Source: a virus | Lineage: Duplodnaviria > Caudoviricetes | Length of the DNA stretch: 64,000 nucleotides | Strand: one strand, 5' to 3' | Virus record (IMG/VR): IMGVR_UViG_3300037512_001928 | Location: 43,218-107,217 of that record | Shown: positions 1-10,174 of the stretch, piece by piece | Position numbering within the stretch: the first letter of the stretch is position 1 | Layout: each line of letters starts with the position of its first letter | The notes under the pieces: model-generated | Database searches by the model: none | What the model was told of the DNA's origin: nothing | Seen by the model: the letters and a program-made list of their open reading frames with translations, nothing else | Position numbers and translations under genes: made by a program

Positions 1-20
1 GTTGAGCTATGTCGGCAGAT

Positions 21-57
21 CAAAAACGGGGAGCAACACCTTGTTGCATCGCTCCCC
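21..57 (-). terminator. Rho-independent terminator for the leftward transcript
   Basis: GGGGAGC/GCTCCCC stem followed on the minus strand by GTTTTT. Confidence 0.6.
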
Positions 58-59
58 AT

Positions 60-455
60 TCGCTGTAATAATTCTCACCGGTACATCCGTAAGTTTTGGA
101 AAGGAACAGATATGATCGGAATAATTACTGCAGCACTTTTTCCTGATTCTGTAGAATTTCCACAACGCTCAGGACAAAGCGAACGGTGGACCCCGGGCAT
201 CTCACCCAGCCCATGGCGGTTTTTACTCCCGCTGGAGACCGGCAAAGACCTGCCGCGCTTCTATGGGCATCAGCAGACCCCGCCGGGGAGCGTGGTCGCT
301 AACCTCACTCCGTCGCCCGTTTGAGATCCGGACGCACGATCGCTGTTCAGGGCTACGCTGTGTGACAGGCACCGGGCGGCACTCCGGCTTGATCCGACTG
401 CGCTGTCGGATGGGACTTCGCGCTCCGCCTGATTCCCCGTCCTGTTTTTCACCCT
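60..455 (-). ncRNA. Structured non-coding RNA, possibly skipping-rope-like
   Basis: No credible CDS. Many hairpins on the minus strand (tccgacagcgcagtcgga; ggagtgaggttagcgaccacgctcc; ggcaggtctttgcc; cgctttgtcctgagcg). Resemblance to the skipping-rope motif is from memory only. Confidence 0.45.
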
Positions 456-457
456 TG

Positions 458-643
458 CAAGACACGTTTTAGCCACAAAGATTACGATTCTTCTGCATGA
501 TGGTTGCTGTGAGTGTCTTAAAAAGCCAGACGCATCTTAAAGAATTGCAGTCTTTTTCAGCATTTGCTGTCAGCGCCTGAGAGATTCAGCCAAGACGCAG
601 TTTGTTCTCTTAGCTCAGAAACAAAATCGCTGGATGCGTCTCT
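458..643 (-). ncRNA. Three tandem ~55-60 nt hairpin units with an ACAGCAA-type bulge
   Basis: Minus strand: AAGACAC-TCACAGCAA...GTGTCTTG; CAGGCGC-TGACAGCAA...GCGTCTGG; GAGACGC-ATCCAGCGA...GCGTCTTG. Confidence 0.55.
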
Positions 644-1139
644 TGCTGTTTTCATCGCGGAGGTGGCAGTCCGGTCGGCGCGATCGTCGCCGCCGTCAAT
701 CCACCGCATCCCTGAAAGATTTCACAACCTTGTTTTTCCCATGGAATGGGGCGTTGCGGGTTGGTCCCCGCAGTGTTCTTCCGTACGGGCGCTATTTTCT
801 TTTCGCCTTTTACACGCTCCGCCCATCCAAAGCACTGGGCAAACCGCTCTGTTCTTGGCTATCCGCGACTCTGTAAGCGCGTGAGGTTCTTCCGCGCAAA
901 CATACATCATCATATCTCGGCACAAAAGAATGAAGGAGGAAAGAAGGTCCATGCGTACAAAGATACTTCTTCGTTTTCATGTAAGTATGCTGTGTGTGCC
1001 GAAAATAGAATACTCATTTCAAAAAAAACGCGATGCATTGACCGTGCGCCATCGAAAGGAGCGAAAGGGCGCAGAAGAAACCTTACTTAAGAAAAACTGC
1101 TGTGAGCATCGCAAAGGGGGAAAGGAGGAAAATGACCAA

Positions 1140-1430
1140 TCAGGAAAGATTCCTGTTGTCCGCATAAACCCTGTTCTCCGCTTTCTCGTACGTGTCGAGG
1201 TACCACTCGCGTTTGTCCCCGTTGTATGTCAGCTCAAACAGGCGCTCGTCAGGATAGTTCGTAGCAAGAATATACTTCCAGTTCTGAAGCGACTTGCATT
1301 TCCAGACCACAAACACCGTATATGATTTCCGGAATTGATCCGGATCCGTTGCGGCGGAAGGAACATAGACGCGCTCATACATCCAGTCCCGCACAATGTT
1401 CTGTGCGATCTGATCCATGTTGTCCGCCAT
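1140..1430 (-). CDS. DUF6275-like phage protein
   Basis: Motif VFVVWKCKSLQNWKYILAT...ELTYNGDKREWYLDTYEK. Confidence 0.7.
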   Translation of the reverse strand: MADNMDQIAQNIVRDWMYERVYVPSAATDPDQFRKSYTVFVVWKCKSLQNWKYILATNYPDERLFELTYNGDKREWYLDTYEKAENRVYADNRNLS

Positions 1431-1692
1431 CGCTTAACCCTCCGTCCACGGAATGTCCGTTTCGTTGAATACATGCGTCCCGATCGGAAGCTGTTTCTCC
1501 CACCGGATCGCCCGGATCCTGTCATGCGCCACATTGGTACCGGAAATCTTAATCCATCGCCTGACAAACTGTACTGCGCGTTCCGCGTTTCTCGCCTGAA
1601 CGTACACGCACTTCTCAGCTTTCTGCTGAGTCCCGAGCAGTACGCAGTAGCAATAGATCTTTTTCTGCGCCATCTGATCACCACCCTCTAAT

Positions 1693-1724
1693 AATATATA
1701 GAACATTTCGGTGCAGAAAGTTGC
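1693..1724 (-). promoter_or_regulatory. Phage-specific promoter GCAAC-N14-TGTTCTATAT
   Basis: One of six copies, each at the head of a gene block. Confidence 0.7.
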
Positions 1725-1742
1725 ACGGAAATAAAAATTTTC

Positions 1743-2048
1743 TTATCCGTTCGGATTCTTATCGAGGATGACGATGTTTTCATTCCCGCTCTGGTAGACG
1801 GTTCCATCCGTTGTCTCCACAATCACCCAGTTGTCCGGGCGGCGCTCAACCCGGCTGACGTCCACAATCTCCGGCTCAAACGCAACGTTGATCACAGCCC
1901 AGCGGTCGTGATCCGGATATTCCTTTACATCATACATCGCGTGATGATAAACCAGCGTTCCCGCCGGAATCAGAAGCATCGCCGCCAGCAGGATAATAAA
2001 CGCCACAATCAGTTTCTTATTCTCCATATTTTTCTCCTTCGGATACAT
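1743..2048 (-). CDS. Hypothetical membrane-anchored protein
   Basis: N-terminal hydrophobic helix; part of a packed leftward operon. Confidence 0.6.
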   Translation of the reverse strand: MYPKEKNMENKKLIVAFIILLAAMLLIPAGTLVYHHAMYDVKEYPDHDRWAVINVAFEPEIVDVSRVERRPDNWVIVETTDGTVYQSGNENIVILDKNPNG

Positions 2049-2276
2049 ATATCGCTTTCCCTCCTTCGACCTTTGCGAAGTCTTCCATCAGGATGACCCG
2101 CGCCGCAGACAGGCAGTATACTTCGTCGCTCGTCATCAGCCGCCGCAGATTGCCTTTATGCTGTAATCCACGAAGACTATACCTTCCGCGCCCCGCATGA
2201 TAAATCTGCCACCATTCATACTCTGGCACTCTGGACTGATACCTCGTCCCAACTTCCGGCAGAAACCTGCGCGTTA

Positions 2277-2549
2277 TCATTCGCTTATCCCTTCTTCCTG
2301 CTCGTCTGCCCACGGGGTTTCCGTCATCTCGGCTTCGGTCGGCAGTCCGTCCCAGAGCCGGTAATAACGATTGTAAAATGCATGAACCCGTGAATAAGCC
2401 GCCCTCTCCACATCCGAATCAAGTTCGTCTATCTCCGGATCGTATTCATACGTATCGAGATGCAGATCAATCCTTCGCGGACCCTCAACCCAATATTTCT
2501 TCTCCGGGTCGATCTGGCACACTTCTTCCATCGTCAGTACTCTCGCCAT
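2277..2549 (-). CDS. Hypothetical phage protein
   Basis: RBS present; C-terminal RLWDGLPTEAEM..TPW resembles the end of 44276-44698. Confidence 0.6.
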   Translation of the reverse strand: MARVLTMEEVCQIDPEKKYWVEGPRRIDLHLDTYEYDPEIDELDSDVERAAYSRVHAFYNRYYRLWDGLPTEAEMTETPWADEQEEGISE

Positions 2550-2942
2550 ATTCTCCCTCCTTTATCGCCAGCGCAATCCGCCCCAGCACATCCACAGCGC
2601 AGGGGATCGCAATCCCGTTGCCGCACATCTTGTAAATCGCGGAGTCGCTTCCATTGACTCCATCACACCACCAGTCCGGCAGTCCCTGCAGCCTTAAACA
2701 CTCAATGGGTGTCAACCGCCGCACCACATACTTCCGCCGCGCTCTGGATGGCTGATCGTTATCGTGCAGAACAATCTGCTGGTCATGCATGCAGTTCAAA
2801 GCACCGGTTACCCCCCCCATTGACTGGTTAAGCTGTCCGTTGCCAACACACATAACAAGTCGTTGTTCGCATCCTGTCCGTTGAATCCCCTGCTCAGTCT
2901 CGCGGTCAGGCATCCAGTTTTCTCCGGATACAGCAGTTTCAT
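2485..2942 (-). CDS. C5 DNA methyltransferase C-terminal part (motifs IX-X), frameshifted
   Basis: RRLTPIECLRLQG and YKMCGNGIAIP. An RBS-preceded ATG at 2942 opens a 44-aa frame that stops just after a G8 tract; motifs IX-X lie in the -1 frame. Confidence 0.75.
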
Positions 2943-2956
2943 TCCTTACCTCCACG

Positions 2957-4033
2957 TCATCCCTCCTGAGACGCGCCGCTGGCACAGCAGATAATCGCGG
3001 TATAATCCGTGACCCGGTTCTGATGATCACCCGTCAGCGTAGGTACTACCTCCCCCTCGCCGTTCCCGCGACAGTCGTAGCAGACGGCATGTCGGTCAAT
3101 CGTATTCAAGGCAAACATCTGCCCGCTGTCCTTCCAGCCGCTGCCCCTGTGAGAAGGTCTTGCGCCGTTTCCTTCCAGCGCAATGCATGGATAGCACACG
3201 GCATGCTCGTGATTTGTCTGAAACGTGAACTGCGGATCGCCGTCACTGCCAACGCAGAATGTGGTTCTTCTATTGTCAGCTTTCCACCTTGTCTCAACCA
3301 TGGTATTTATTGAATAGCAAGGGCTACAGTTTCCTCCAGCGCCTCCCGAAGCATTGGCGGTAATTCTTTCCCACGCCTCTCTGCGCGGCGCAAAATCCCC
3401 AAACTCGCCCTCGCACTCAAGTAGTATTTCTCCGGCGCGTTCAGATCCAAAATCTGCGACAAGGTAGATTCTTTCGCGCCTCTGAGGCACTCCTGTATAT
3501 TGGGCATCGTACAGACGCCAGGCAAGACTCCAGCCGTTTCCCACGATATTCCCAATGGGTTTCCACTTTCCTTTCGGAGGTTCAGGTATAATGCATCCCC
3601 CCCCGCCGATGTCCGCGAACGCCTGGAGGACGGCGCGGAAGTCTTCTCCATGGTTACTGCTGAAAGCTCCCTTGACATTTTCCCAGACAGCAAATCGTGG
3701 ATACTGATTTGATGTTGCATCCCGCATCTCCTTAATAATTCTGATGGCTTCAAAGAACAGGCTTGATCTCTCTCCGGCGTGAATTCCTTTCTGATTTCCG
3801 GCAATGCTGAGATCCTGGCAGGGCGAACCAAATGTAATCACATCAACTGGCTTAACCGCTGCCCCATCAATCTCCCTCACATCGCCGAGCTGTTTGCAGT
3901 CCGGAAACCGCGCCGCCTCGACAGCAACAGGAAACTTCTCGATCTCACTGCACCAGACAGGAACCATCCCAACCAGCACCCCCGCCAGCTCAAACCCGCC
4001 GGATCCGCTGAACAGACTTCCCAACTTTATCAA
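2957..4033 (-). CDS. C5 cytosine DNA methyltransferase, motifs I-VIII plus TRD-like repeats
   Basis: LFSGSGG, GSPCQD, WENVKG, QRRERIY. Confidence 0.92.
   Translation of the reverse strand: MIKLGSLFSGSGGFELAGVLVGMVPVWCSEIEKFPVAVEAARFPDCKQLGDVREIDGAAVKPVDVITFGSPCQDLSIAGNQKGIHAGERSSLFFEAIRIIKEMRDATSNQYPRFAVWENVKGAFSSNHGEDFRAVLQAFADIGGGGCIIPEPPKGKWKPIGNIVGNGWSLAWRLYDAQYTGVPQRRERIYLVADFGSERAGEILLECEGEFGDFAPRREAWERITANASGGAGGNCSPCYSINTMVETRWKADNRRTTFCVGSDGDPQFTFQTNHEHAVCYPCIALEGNGARPSHRGSGWKDSGQMFALNTIDRHAVCYDCRGNGEGEVVPTLTGDHQNRVTDYTAIICCASGASQEG
3307..3720 (-). CDS. Alternative-frame ORF nested in the methyltransferase (EcoHK31I beta-like)
   Basis: Own RBS AAGGAG upstream of ATG 3720; STLSQIL..PEKYYLS..GILRRAERRGKELP..LREAL. 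Confidence 0.7.
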   Translation of the reverse strand: MQHQISIHDLLSGKMSRELSAVTMEKTSAPSSRRSRTSAGGDALYLNLRKESGNPLGISWETAGVLPGVCTMPNIQECLRGAKESTLSQILDLNAPEKYYLSARASLGILRRAERRGKELPPMLREALEETVALAIQ

Positions 4034-4539
4034 ACCGTATCCTCCTTATATCATGCCTGCAATATCCATGACGCACAGCACCAGATTCATGAGCCACCCA
4101 ATGCCAATCAGCATGGATCCAACCTTGAACGACCTTGATTTCATATCGACCATATCAAACAGGATAATCTGTAATCCAAGGAACATTAGACATGTCATAA
4201 CATTTATCCTTTGCATTTTGCCTTACACCTCCCAACAGCCTCGATCAGCTCATCCGTATTTACAAATACGAGCTGTTTCACCTGCTTTCCCTCGCTGTCG
4301 ACAATCTCTATACACACCTCTTTCGGAGCGCAGTCCTGATTGGTCACAATCAGCCCGCAGTCGTTCGTCGCAATAAACTCGGGATCACTGAACACACACT
4401 TGGTAAACATCTCATCTTCCTTTCTGGTTTGTGTATTCCATTTACAGTAGGTTTCTGTATTATACAGAGGTTCCTCAGTCAACCAGTCTTCCCCGTATAT
4501 CGGACATTTGTAATGGTATTTCAGATTTGTTGCCATGGC

Positions 4540-4842
4540 TCACTCCCAGCTATCGCATTTGCCGTCCTTCATGGTCAGATGTTTATCGCAGAAGTTTCGA
4601 TCCATCTCGGCGCAAACAAAATGGCGGCATGTATTACACGCCGCCGGACATTCCACAAGCTCGTAATCCCGGATCTCCTCCGGCGTCAGCTTCCTGTCGT
4701 ATAGAAGCCACGCCCACGCCGTGCGGTTAATCGCCGGAATCACGGTTTCGCCGTCGCACTCTTCCCACTCGATAAAGCCGCTCGGCTGACACCCCGGCCC
4801 CATCGGTCGCATGATCATGTAATAACCCCAGCGGTTACGCAT
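4540..4842 (-). CDS. DarA C-terminal-like domain protein (putative anti-restriction)
   Basis: YYMIMRPMGPGCQP...AWAWLLYDRKLTPEEIRDYEL. Confidence 0.55.
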   Translation of the reverse strand: MRNRWGYYMIMRPMGPGCQPSGFIEWEECDGETVIPAINRTAWAWLLYDRKLTPEEIRDYELVECPAACNTCRHFVCAEMDRNFCDKHLTMKDGKCDSWE

Positions 4843-5079
4843 TCTCCTGCTTCTCCTTCTCTTCCTCGGCTTTATGTTCCGCCTCGCCCTCTACGATCGA
4901 CTGCGACCACGCCGTCTCGTGAACAGCCCTGCCAAGCTCAATGAACTTCTCCATCAGCGAAACCATCCGCTTCTCCATCTGCCCGATCCGCCACCACGTC
5001 ATCCAGAAGCAGAAAATAACGATAATCTCCAGAATCAGCCCCATCGTTTCAGTCATCATGTGTAAATCCTCCTTATTTA

Positions 5080-6949
5080 TTATTCATAGTCCTTGTCAAG
5101 ATCAATCATCGCATTAAGCGTAGGAAGCACCATCTCGTCAAACGACTGTATCGTCAGCTGGTTCCACGCCAGCATCACATTGAGAAGCGCCGCCGCAATC
5201 TTCGACTGTTGTGATTCGGTCAGCTCGCCCAGCACAGCCCGTAGGTTCTTGATGCTTTTTTCGAGGAGGCGGCTCCCGTCCGCCTGACTTACATACCCGC
5301 GAAGCACCACCGGCGTATTGTTCAGCACATTCCTGACTTCGTCATAATGGTCGTGCTGAATCGCAGCGCCCTCAACGTCTCCGCGCCGGAGCAGATCGTT
5401 ACGTGACTGTTTTATCATTGAAGTCCTCCCATGGGCGTAGTATCGCTTCCGGATCCATCTTTGCCCCACACGCAGGGCAAACTTCCACCGGCGTCTTTGT
5501 CAGCGCCTGACATATACTGCACTGATATGCGAACGCAGCGTAGATCGGAGAATCAGTATTGCCCAGATTGCTGATCCACCACCCGACCCTTTCATTTTCA
5601 TCCATCGCCAATCAGTCTCCTTAGTTCGTCCTTTGCCGCCAGGATTCCGGCTTCATCCATCTCCCGGATCGCCGCCACCAGCATCCTGAACTCGTTGGTA
5701 ATGTTGATCCACTCACCCTTCGGTTCCTGCGTCATCTCCGCCTCCACGAATCTTCATAACCTCCGCCGTCGACATATGCTCCACCAGACGCTCGTACGTT
5801 TCAAGCATAAACCGGATCGCGGCGGGACCTCCGTAATCGCGGTAAAGCCGCCAGAACCCGGGAAGCTTTCGCAGAAAGTAAATCATCCTCTGCTCTCCTC
5901 CGTCTCCAGCGATTCCAGAAAATCCGCCAAGCGCGTATCCTGCCTCACTCTCTCCGCCGCAATCTGCGCGTCCGTCAGTCGGAATCCAAGCTTGCCCATC
6001 TTCTCCGCCGCAATGTCCGTCCCGAAGATGTTTGCCATAATCGAGAGAAGATGCGTATCGCTCAGGTGATACTGCTCCCGCCGGTTCAGCTTACCCATGA
6101 CCCAGCACCGCCCCAATCCGCACAGCGTACATGATGAAGCCCAACAGCACGATCGCGCTCATCGCCGCAACAAACCGCCCGTCCTTCCCGTACCGCACCG
6201 CCGCCACGAACAGCGCGACACACGCAGCCGCCAGCACGATGCATACCCACATGATCACCTCCAGCGTCATCCTCGAATCACCCATGAAAAGACTCATCAT
6301 CCGAAAATACCTCCTCCATGTCCCGTCAGAACCATCACCAGCAACGCCGCCATCATCAGATACATCGCGGAAATAAGGAACCCAAGCGCTCCGCCCTTCC
6401 GGTACCCAATCCCCTCCTTCCAGCACATCCACGAGATCCGCAGCCCGCAGGCCCCCGCCGCAACAAACAGCACCGACAGCACCCAGCACATCAGCTTCAT
6501 CACGATCTGCACAAACCCCAGCCAGCTCATCCGTTCCCTCCTTCGTCTTTCTTATGACCGAACTTATAATCCTTCGCTCATTTCAGATCATCCTCCAGCC
6601 CCGCATGCCGTTTCACATATCTCGCCACCATATCGCTGATCTCACCGCAAAGGTTATCCACGCACTTCTTCCCGGCATAGTTCAGCCCGCCGCACAATTC
6701 CTTAATCCGGTTCAGCCTCGCCGCCACCTCCTCGCTCAGTCTTACATCAAGATCCTCGTCGTACAAATTCAACCATCCTCTTTCTTCCTGTTTATTCAAT
6801 CCCGCCGCAGTCGGCGCGGAATGTAAATACCGGCAAGGTTGAGAAGATCTGCAACTCCTGCACCGCAGCTGTCTCCCTGATTCCCGCTGTCCTCCACCGG
6901 AGCCACCCCGTCCCGCCGCCTCGGCATCCGTCCCCGCCGAGACCATCAC
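5080..6949 (-). other. Cluster of short hypothetical genes, several membrane-spanning
   Basis: Overlapping short ORFs with GGAG RBSs; strongly G-rich coding strand. Confidence 0.6.
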
Positions 6950-7236
6950 CCGATGCTTGTCCCCATCATAATTCGCACATTCGATAAACGTCTTCCACAG
7001 CGTTCGCCATACAAACGCTTTTGCCCCGCAGAACGGACACGGCTTCAGTGATCGTCGCCCGCCTCGCTTCCTTATCCGTCATCCAAACTTTCGCCCCTTT
7101 CTTAAAATCAATTCTTTGGTCGCAAACCTCTATCTGTTGTGTAGCCGCGATGACCTCCGGCATCTCGGACGAATATTTCCCCATCCGAAAACCAGAAGTC
7201 AGAATTCTCTATAAAAATAGGCAGTCCGAAGGGTAT

Positions 7237-8664
7237 TTATGAAATGGTCACACCAGCCATCTTCTTTTCGCCGCCAGTCAGATATTTACCCACATCCAGC
7301 GGATCAATAATCTCGGTCAGAACCCGATAATAAAAATCGACCATATGATCCTTGACATCGTCGAGCTTGAACTCCACATATGGTTTAACAAACTCCACCG
7401 ATCCATAGCCACGATCACTCCTATCAAAAACATAAGCATTCGGCATCAGATGCGGTTCTCCGTCAACCTTCACCAGCCCACCCTTCTGCCTGATCGAAAT
7501 CACCTTTTTCTCCAGCAAGCCGCGCACAGCCTTTTGAGCCGTCAGGTGTGACATATCCATTGCCTCGCCCATCCGCTCATAACTCATACAGCATTTCCCG
7601 TAGCACAAACAATATACACATATAAGAAATGCAATCTTTCGCTCCGACTTTGTTTCGCCAAGCAAAACCTTCCTTATATCTAATGCCCCAATCCGCAACG
7701 CCCGGTGCAGCCACTCTGTTTTATCGCCGGTTTGCTTCTTTGCTTTCACCTTCACACCAAACTTCCGCACCACACTGCTCGCCATCGCCCGCGCATCCTT
7801 CTCAATTTCCTCTATCGGAGAATTGATCAACGCCGGATCCTGCCGCCCGACCCACGCCATCAGGTCGGCAAAAATCTCATCCTCATCCGCGCCCATACTC
7901 CGCAGGTACACCGACCTCCGCCGCATGCAGTTATGCCGTTCGCCAGGTTGCATAATTCGCGGCTCATGTGCCACCGAGTATTTCCGAACCTGGTATCGCT
8001 CCTTCTTCTTCCATTTCCCAACATTGAGCTTCGCTTTCTCGAAATCTTCCTGCCACGCTTTCTTGTTCAGCCCAATTACAATGTCTTCAAACTTCTCCCC
8101 CGGCATCCGCTTCACCTGATACACATACCCATCATCTTCAATCGCCGCCAGCGTCTCCCGGTCGAGATACCAGCATCTGTTCCCGGTTCGCAGATTCACC
8201 CCCAGCGGAATCTTAATCGCATTGTGCCGCAACGGAAAACATTCCATGCGATATTCCGCCACCTGCCTGTCCCGCCGCAGGTAATAGTACAAATTTTCCA
8301 CCAGCGACTTCTTTACCGGCTTATCAAAGAAAACATCAATATGAAAACCCTTGTATCCGGAAGTCGAAGGATAAAGATACTCGGCGGCAATCCCAATGCC
8401 CTCCAGCCGCCGCATCATGTCCGCCACCACCGCCGTATCCAGCGTGTCAATGTCCAGCGTCATAAATACCGTCCGGTTCTTCCGCCCATACACACTGAGC
8501 GTCCTCTTCCCGTCAAGATGGTCGAAGAGATTCTTAATCGTCAGCTCACCATCTACATGTCTGTACCCAACTTCGCCAGACTCAACCACATACATCTCGC
8601 GGTACTCGGATTTATTGAAACAGTATAGCGACATCAACTTCCTCGCAATATCGTATTGCTCCAC
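7237..8664 (-). CDS. AEP-superfamily primase / Rep-like protein with C-terminal helical and wHTH-like domains
   Basis: LDID (motif I), SGYKGFHIDVFF (motif II), AIKIPLG; HTH-like SYERMGEAMDMSHLTAQKAVRGL. Confidence 0.75.
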   Translation of the reverse strand: MEQYDIARKLMSLYCFNKSEYREMYVVESGEVGYRHVDGELTIKNLFDHLDGKRTLSVYGRKNRTVFMTLDIDTLDTAVVADMMRRLEGIGIAAEYLYPSTSGYKGFHIDVFFDKPVKKSLVENLYYYLRRDRQVAEYRMECFPLRHNAIKIPLGVNLRTGNRCWYLDRETLAAIEDDGYVYQVKRMPGEKFEDIVIGLNKKAWQEDFEKAKLNVGKWKKKERYQVRKYSVAHEPRIMQPGERHNCMRRRSVYLRSMGADEDEIFADLMAWVGRQDPALINSPIEEIEKDARAMASSVVRKFGVKVKAKKQTGDKTEWLHRALRIGALDIRKVLLGETKSERKIAFLICVYCLCYGKCCMSYERMGEAMDMSHLTAQKAVRGLLEKKVISIRQKGGLVKVDGEPHLMPNAYVFDRSDRGYGSVEFVKPYVEFKLDDVKDHMVDFYYRVLTEIIDPLDVGKYLTGGEKKMAGVTIS

Positions 8665-9063
8665 TCACTTCACCTCCTTTTTAAAAACTTTCATCATAGA
8701 TATGCATCTAAACGATATAATTAATTATAGTAGAGATACCTATAGATTGTAATCTATGTTGTGGCGGAAACCTTATATCCGTCAATGGCTCTGCGCGATT
8801 TTTCCACTCTTTCCTAAATAAAAGTGAGTTTGGAAGAGAGGGGCGGCGGCTATGCCAAAAATACGTCTTCTTCCTGACAAGAAGGGTTTCTCGCCTCCAC
8901 CAACTAGTATATAGAGAGAATGAGGTTGCGGCGGCGGATCCCTGCCCTGCCATGCCCAGGGTAATAAAAATTGGTATCAATGTTTTTGTTTAATGAATAA
9001 ATAAAGAGTATTATATATATAGGTAGGGGTCGCAATCGAGGTTGCGGCGGAAACCCATACATA

Positions 9064-9095
9064 ATATATAAGAACATTTTCATGGCGTTTGTTGC
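9064..9095 (-). promoter_or_regulatory. Phage-specific promoter for the leftward arm
   Basis: GCAAC-N14-TGTTCTTATAT. Confidence 0.65.
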
Positions 9096-9910
9096 GCGGC
9101 TGGCAAAATTTTCCGGGGGCGGCGGCGAAATATTAATGAAAGGAAAAGAAAAAGTCCTCGACATAAATTCGGGGCTGGCTGATTCCGGGCTTGAAGAGAC
9201 GGAAAAAATGCAACGCGCAAAGTTGCCGGGAGATGCCGGGATCTGGGGTTGGGATATATCCCCTATATGTCACTTATCCTGCGATGGCGAAAATGGGGGC
9301 GGCTGGCGGTTGGTGGGGACTGAGCGGGCGGGAGGGAGGTAGACGGGGCTTGATTTTTTATATCGAAGTTGGAAAGGGTTAGGGGTGGGTTGGTTTTGCC
9401 CCTGGACGATGGTCGAAACGTAAAACAGGGGGCATAATATTTGATTATGTATCCTGTTTCGTAAAAATAAGAATTGAGTATTTACAATGCTTTGCGGATT
9501 CAAAATGTAAATATACATATTTTGACAAGAATTTGTCAATGTCTCTGGAAGCCTTATATTACAACGGTTTCAGCGATTTTTATACACAACTATTAAATTT
9601 GATATAACTATTGATAAATTGCCAAAAAAGCGCAGATCTGTATACATCATTTTACATAGTACTTCGCCTGTTGATGTATACAGGCTTCGATCGATGCAAA
9701 AAGATATGTTTTTCCAACTTAAAACCTTTGATTTTACTTGTGTTTGAGATAAAAATAATATGTTTATACCATTGTCAAATATCGTCTGTTTTTGTGCTTT
9801 TTTGATCGAATTATGAAAAACAGCAAAAAATAATTTTTTCAATTCATAAAGCTTTATTTTTCAATAGGTTTAAGGCTTTTAAAATATGTTTATACAGCAA
9901 ACTGTATACA

Positions 9911-10174
9911 TGTGGATAACTATGTGGATAACATCATTTTTACCCTGTGGATAAGTGGTGTATACATGTGGATAAAGTTGGCTGACTTATCCACAAGTCA
10001 TATTGATTTATAAGGCTTGCAATATGTTTTTTCCTGTGGATTACTATGAAATTTTGGGAAAAAAGCCAAATTTTGGCAATTTTGTTACAAATCTGTTAAA
10101 TCTATTAAATTTTGGCTTGCGAAGCCTTATTTTTCAATGTAACACTTTTGTAATATTTGACAGCCTGTGGATAA
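9911..10174. promoter_or_regulatory. DnaA box cluster
   Basis: Perfect TTATCCACA/TGTGGATAA at 9911, 9923, 9946, 9967, 9987 and 10166; one mismatch at 10035. Confidence 0.85.
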
